Source of the DNA: Bacteroidota bacterium
GTDB lineage: Bacteria > Bacteroidota > Bacteroidia > JABEUT01
DNA length: 64,000 nucleotides
Reading direction: 5' to 3'
Assembly: GCA_013285805.1 (NCBI GenBank)
Contig: JABDGY010000002.1
Span: 6,011 to 70,010, forward strand
Under the pieces are notes generated by a model. That model saw only the letters and a list, made by a program, of their open reading frames with translations. It did not search any database and was not told the origin of the DNA. Both the position numbers and the translations under genes were made by a program. Position 1 is the first letter of the stretch, and each line of letters opens with the position of its first letter. Positions 61,323 through 64,000 of this stretch are shown in pieces.

Positions 61323-61369
61323 CGCAATGTTATTAAGATTATATTATCTTAATATTAACTGGTTGTTAA
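61323..61369 (-). promoter_or_regulatory. variant promoter (TAACATTGCG) + phased hexamers
   Basis: -7 element 61325-61332; TATTAT 61342, TATTAA 61353, TGTTAA 61364. Confidence 0.7.
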
Positions 61370-61533
61370 GTAATACACAAAAGCCCCTGTTGCCCAGCGA
61401 CTAATGAACTAAACGCAAATTTACATTTTAGATGCGGTATCGTACTTTAACATTATGTTATGAAATTGTAAATAACGAAGAGGAACAGCTTATCAATTAT
61501 ATGTTTGCGGCAAAATTTATTATTACTAACCGT

Positions 61534-62901
61534 ATGAATCGTAAATACTTTATTATACTGCTGGCATCATTATTCATTACTCCGTATTTTAACAAATGCG
61601 CCGCACAGGATACGCTAAAAGTAGTGGCCTACAATACCCTTGATTATGGTAATTCTTGTCAAGGGTCTCATACCTTTTTGCAAACTAACTTCAAAAAAAT
61701 CGTACAATATATTGACCCGGATATTCTGGGCATGGTTAAAGTACAATCTATCCAACGTACATCGGCCGATGGCTGCGGCCTTTCCAATTTAGGTTTTGCC
61801 GATTCAATACTTACGTTTGTTTTCAACGCAGCTTACCCCGGGCAATATAATTACTGCCCATACACAAATGCCGCCTGTGCAAATAACATTGATCTTCTGT
61901 TTTACAATGTACATAAACTGGGATATGTTTCCTTAAACATTTTGACTAGCAATGGAGAGGATTTTGATCTTTATAAATTGTATTACCTGGACCCGAACCT
62001 ATCCACAACCCACGATTCTACTTTTTTATATGTAGTTCTCAATCACACCAACTCAAGCACGTTGGCAACACGTAACCAACAGGATTCCGATGTTGTCAAT
62101 TCACTGAAAAAAATCTTCTATCACTTGCCTAACCTTATAAGCATGGGCGATTTTAATGTGGCTACAAGCACAGAAGCAGGTTATGAATTATATACCTCAA
62201 CTACTGATACAAGCTTTCTATTTGATGACCCTCCATTTTCGCCTGATGGTAAATTCACCTACCCTTTAAACTGGGATAAGGATGCCGCATGTGCAGCATA
62301 TCTTAATACATCTACCCGCTCCTCTGCCACTATACCTAATAGTTGCGGTGCTAGTGGAGGCGCCAAAGACTGGATTGAACATATCTTCTTGTCAAAATGG
62401 ATTACTGATAGTATAGATTATGTATCGTACATTAAAGACTCTTATACAACAATTGGTAATGACGGAAAACATTTTGAACTCTCGATAAACGACAGTACCG
62501 GAGGGCCTAAAAATACCTACGCACCTTCAAGTGTAATAAATGCCCTTTATGCGTTTTCCGATAAATATCCAATTATGGTTAAGTTGAAGGTTAACCCCAA
62601 CACAACCGGTACAGGGCCCGTGAATCCTGTAAATGGAGTAAATGAGGTTGCAGCGTTAACTGAGAAAGTTACGGTAAATAACCCCATGCACAATATTATT
62701 ACATTACACTATCCTAATGCATTCATGGGTAAAAAAGTGTGCATAACACTTTACGATGTTTGCGGCCGCTTATTACTTACTGATAATTCTTCAGTAACCG
62801 ACGGCATGCAGCAATTACCTATTAACCTGGTAAAGGGAATTTATATGTTGCGCTTAGTAGTTGATGGATGCGCAACAACTGTAAAGTTGATTAACCAGTA
62901 A
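61534..62901 (+). CDS. secreted endonuclease/exonuclease/phosphatase (EEP, DNase I-like) protein with T9SS type A CTD
   Basis: LKVVAYN, PDIL, NHT, MGDFN, SDKYP; CTD LYDVCGR...GIYMLRL...KLI. Start at ATG 61534, after TATGTTTG at 61500-61507. Confidence 0.8.
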   Translation: MNRKYFIILLASLFITPYFNKCAAQDTLKVVAYNTLDYGNSCQGSHTFLQTNFKKIVQYIDPDILGMVKVQSIQRTSADGCGLSNLGFADSILTFVFNAAYPGQYNYCPYTNAACANNIDLLFYNVHKLGYVSLNILTSNGEDFDLYKLYYLDPNLSTTHDSTFLYVVLNHTNSSTLATRNQQDSDVVNSLKKIFYHLPNLISMGDFNVATSTEAGYELYTSTTDTSFLFDDPPFSPDGKFTYPLNWDKDAACAAYLNTSTRSSATIPNSCGASGGAKDWIEHIFLSKWITDSIDYVSYIKDSYTTIGNDGKHFELSINDSTGGPKNTYAPSSVINALYAFSDKYPIMVKLKVNPNTTGTGPVNPVNGVNEVAALTEKVTVNNPMHNIITLHYPNAFMGKKVCITLYDVCGRLLLTDNSSVTDGMQQLPINLVKGIYMLRLVVDGCATTVKLINQ

Positions 62902-63081
62902 CACGGTTAACCTGAAAAAAACTCCGGGGCTCTCCAGAATGTCTACAGGATTGACATTAATTATTGACATGTTTAATGTTAAGAAACTGTTATCATTATT
63001 ATGTAATTATTATATCTAATTAGTAGCTACCTATTTACAATCATATAAAAATACTTTTGTGCGCAATTATAAAAACCTATT

Positions 63082-64000
63082 ATGAAAAGCAGAAAATACA
63101 GTGCTGGTATTTTACTCAGTTCACTATTTTTAATACTATCCTTTACTGCAACAGCAGGTACTATTAAAGGACATGTGAGAGATTCACTAAGCAAAGAAAA
63201 TTTAACCGGGGCAACTGTTTACCTGAAAGAAAATAACCAATTAAATGATGGCGTAGGCCTTGAAGGTTCTTATGCCATTAAAAATGTTCCGGCAGGAACA
63301 TATACTGTTGTGGTGCAGTTTTTCGGCTATACTCAGCTTGAAAAAACAGTAACGCTTACAGATGCACAGCAAACTGTAACAATTGACTTTGCAATGTCAT
63401 CACAGGCTCAAACCCTTGGTCAGATAAATGTAGTAGGTAATTATGACCAGGGTTCGGATAACTATGCCCGCAGCGCGGAAAAAACCTCAGATTATCTTTT
63501 AAACATAGTATCAGCCAAGACTATGTTGTTACTTCCCGATATAACTGTAGGCGATGTACTTCAACGTGTATCGGGTATTGTAACCCAAAAATCGGTGACA
63601 GGTGGCGGAAAATATGTGGTTATACGTGGTATGGATAAAAGATACAGCTATGTAACCGTTAATGGTGTAAAAGTTGCCAGCCCCGATTATGAAAATAAAT
63701 ACGTTCCCTTAGATTTATTCCCTTCCGGAATGCTTGACAGACTTGAGGTTATTAAAACCCTGCGCCCTGACATGGAAGGCGATGCTGTAGGCGGCGTTAT
63801 GAACCTTGTATTAAAGAACCCTCCTTTAGACTATAAAATTATTGATGCCGAGCTTTCAGGAGGTTATGCGCAGAACCTTTTCAGCAATAATTTCAATGGT
63901 ATTAACGCCAGTGCAATTAATGCTAAATCACCGGAAGCTATAAATGGCACCTCATACGTTGCTACACCTAATGATTTTCCTACACAGCCATTTATCTATA
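63082..64000 (+). CDS. TonB-dependent receptor (N-terminal carboxypeptidase-regulatory-like domain + plug), partial
   Basis: Hand-translated: MKSRKYSAG...GTIKGHVRD...GATV...PAGTYTV...LPDITVGDVLQRVSG...IRGMDKRY...VPLDLFPS...LEVIKTLRPDMEGDAVGG; TACTTTTG at 63052-63059. Confidence 0.92.
   Translation, partial: MKSRKYSAGILLSSLFLILSFTATAGTIKGHVRDSLSKENLTGATVYLKENNQLNDGVGLEGSYAIKNVPAGTYTVVVQFFGYTQLEKTVTLTDAQQTVTIDFAMSSQAQTLGQINVVGNYDQGSDNYARSAEKTSDYLLNIVSAKTMLLLPDITVGDVLQRVSGIVTQKSVTGGGKYVVIRGMDKRYSYVTVNGVKVASPDYENKYVPLDLFPSGMLDRLEVIKTLRPDMEGDAVGGVMNLVLKNPPLDYKIIDAELSGGYAQNLFSNNFNGINASAINAKSPEAINGTSYVATPNDFPTQPFIY

Overview
AT-rich chromosomal window from a Bacteroidota bacterium, judged from TAnnTTTG -7 promoter elements, type IX secretion (T9SS) cargo with type A and type B C-terminal domains (CTDs), two PorP/SprF genes and a TonB-dependent receptor. 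It holds tRNA-Cys, small stress/regulatory cassettes (ArsR-SRPBCC-YdeI-DoxX; MarR-MFS-isochorismatase), two TPR-SpoIIE phosphatases (one with SiaC), a DEAD-box helicase, an M3 peptidase, a TolC-MFP-RND-RND efflux operon, a LytTR two-component pair and many large secreted/surface proteins. No integrase, transposase or CRISPR array was seen. Three signals stand out. (1) Five dispersed minus-strand promoters of surface-protein genes share a non-canonical -7 element (TAnn[C/A]TTGCG) and 11-bp-phased T[GA]TTA[ACT] hexamers at fixed offsets; three also carry a TCTGTAG-N4-TCTGTAG box. This suggests an undescribed regulon, possibly phosphate-starvation (Pho-like). (2) An unnamed ~215-260 aa 'HFWDFN...RNP...PTTGY...R[YF]DN' domain occurs four times in three of these genes. 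(3) A 2164-aa collagen/beta-helix/S74-chaperone fibre with no T9SS signal of its own is coupled to a type B CTD protein and PorP/SprF. All family calls come from motif recognition by eye; no database search was run.
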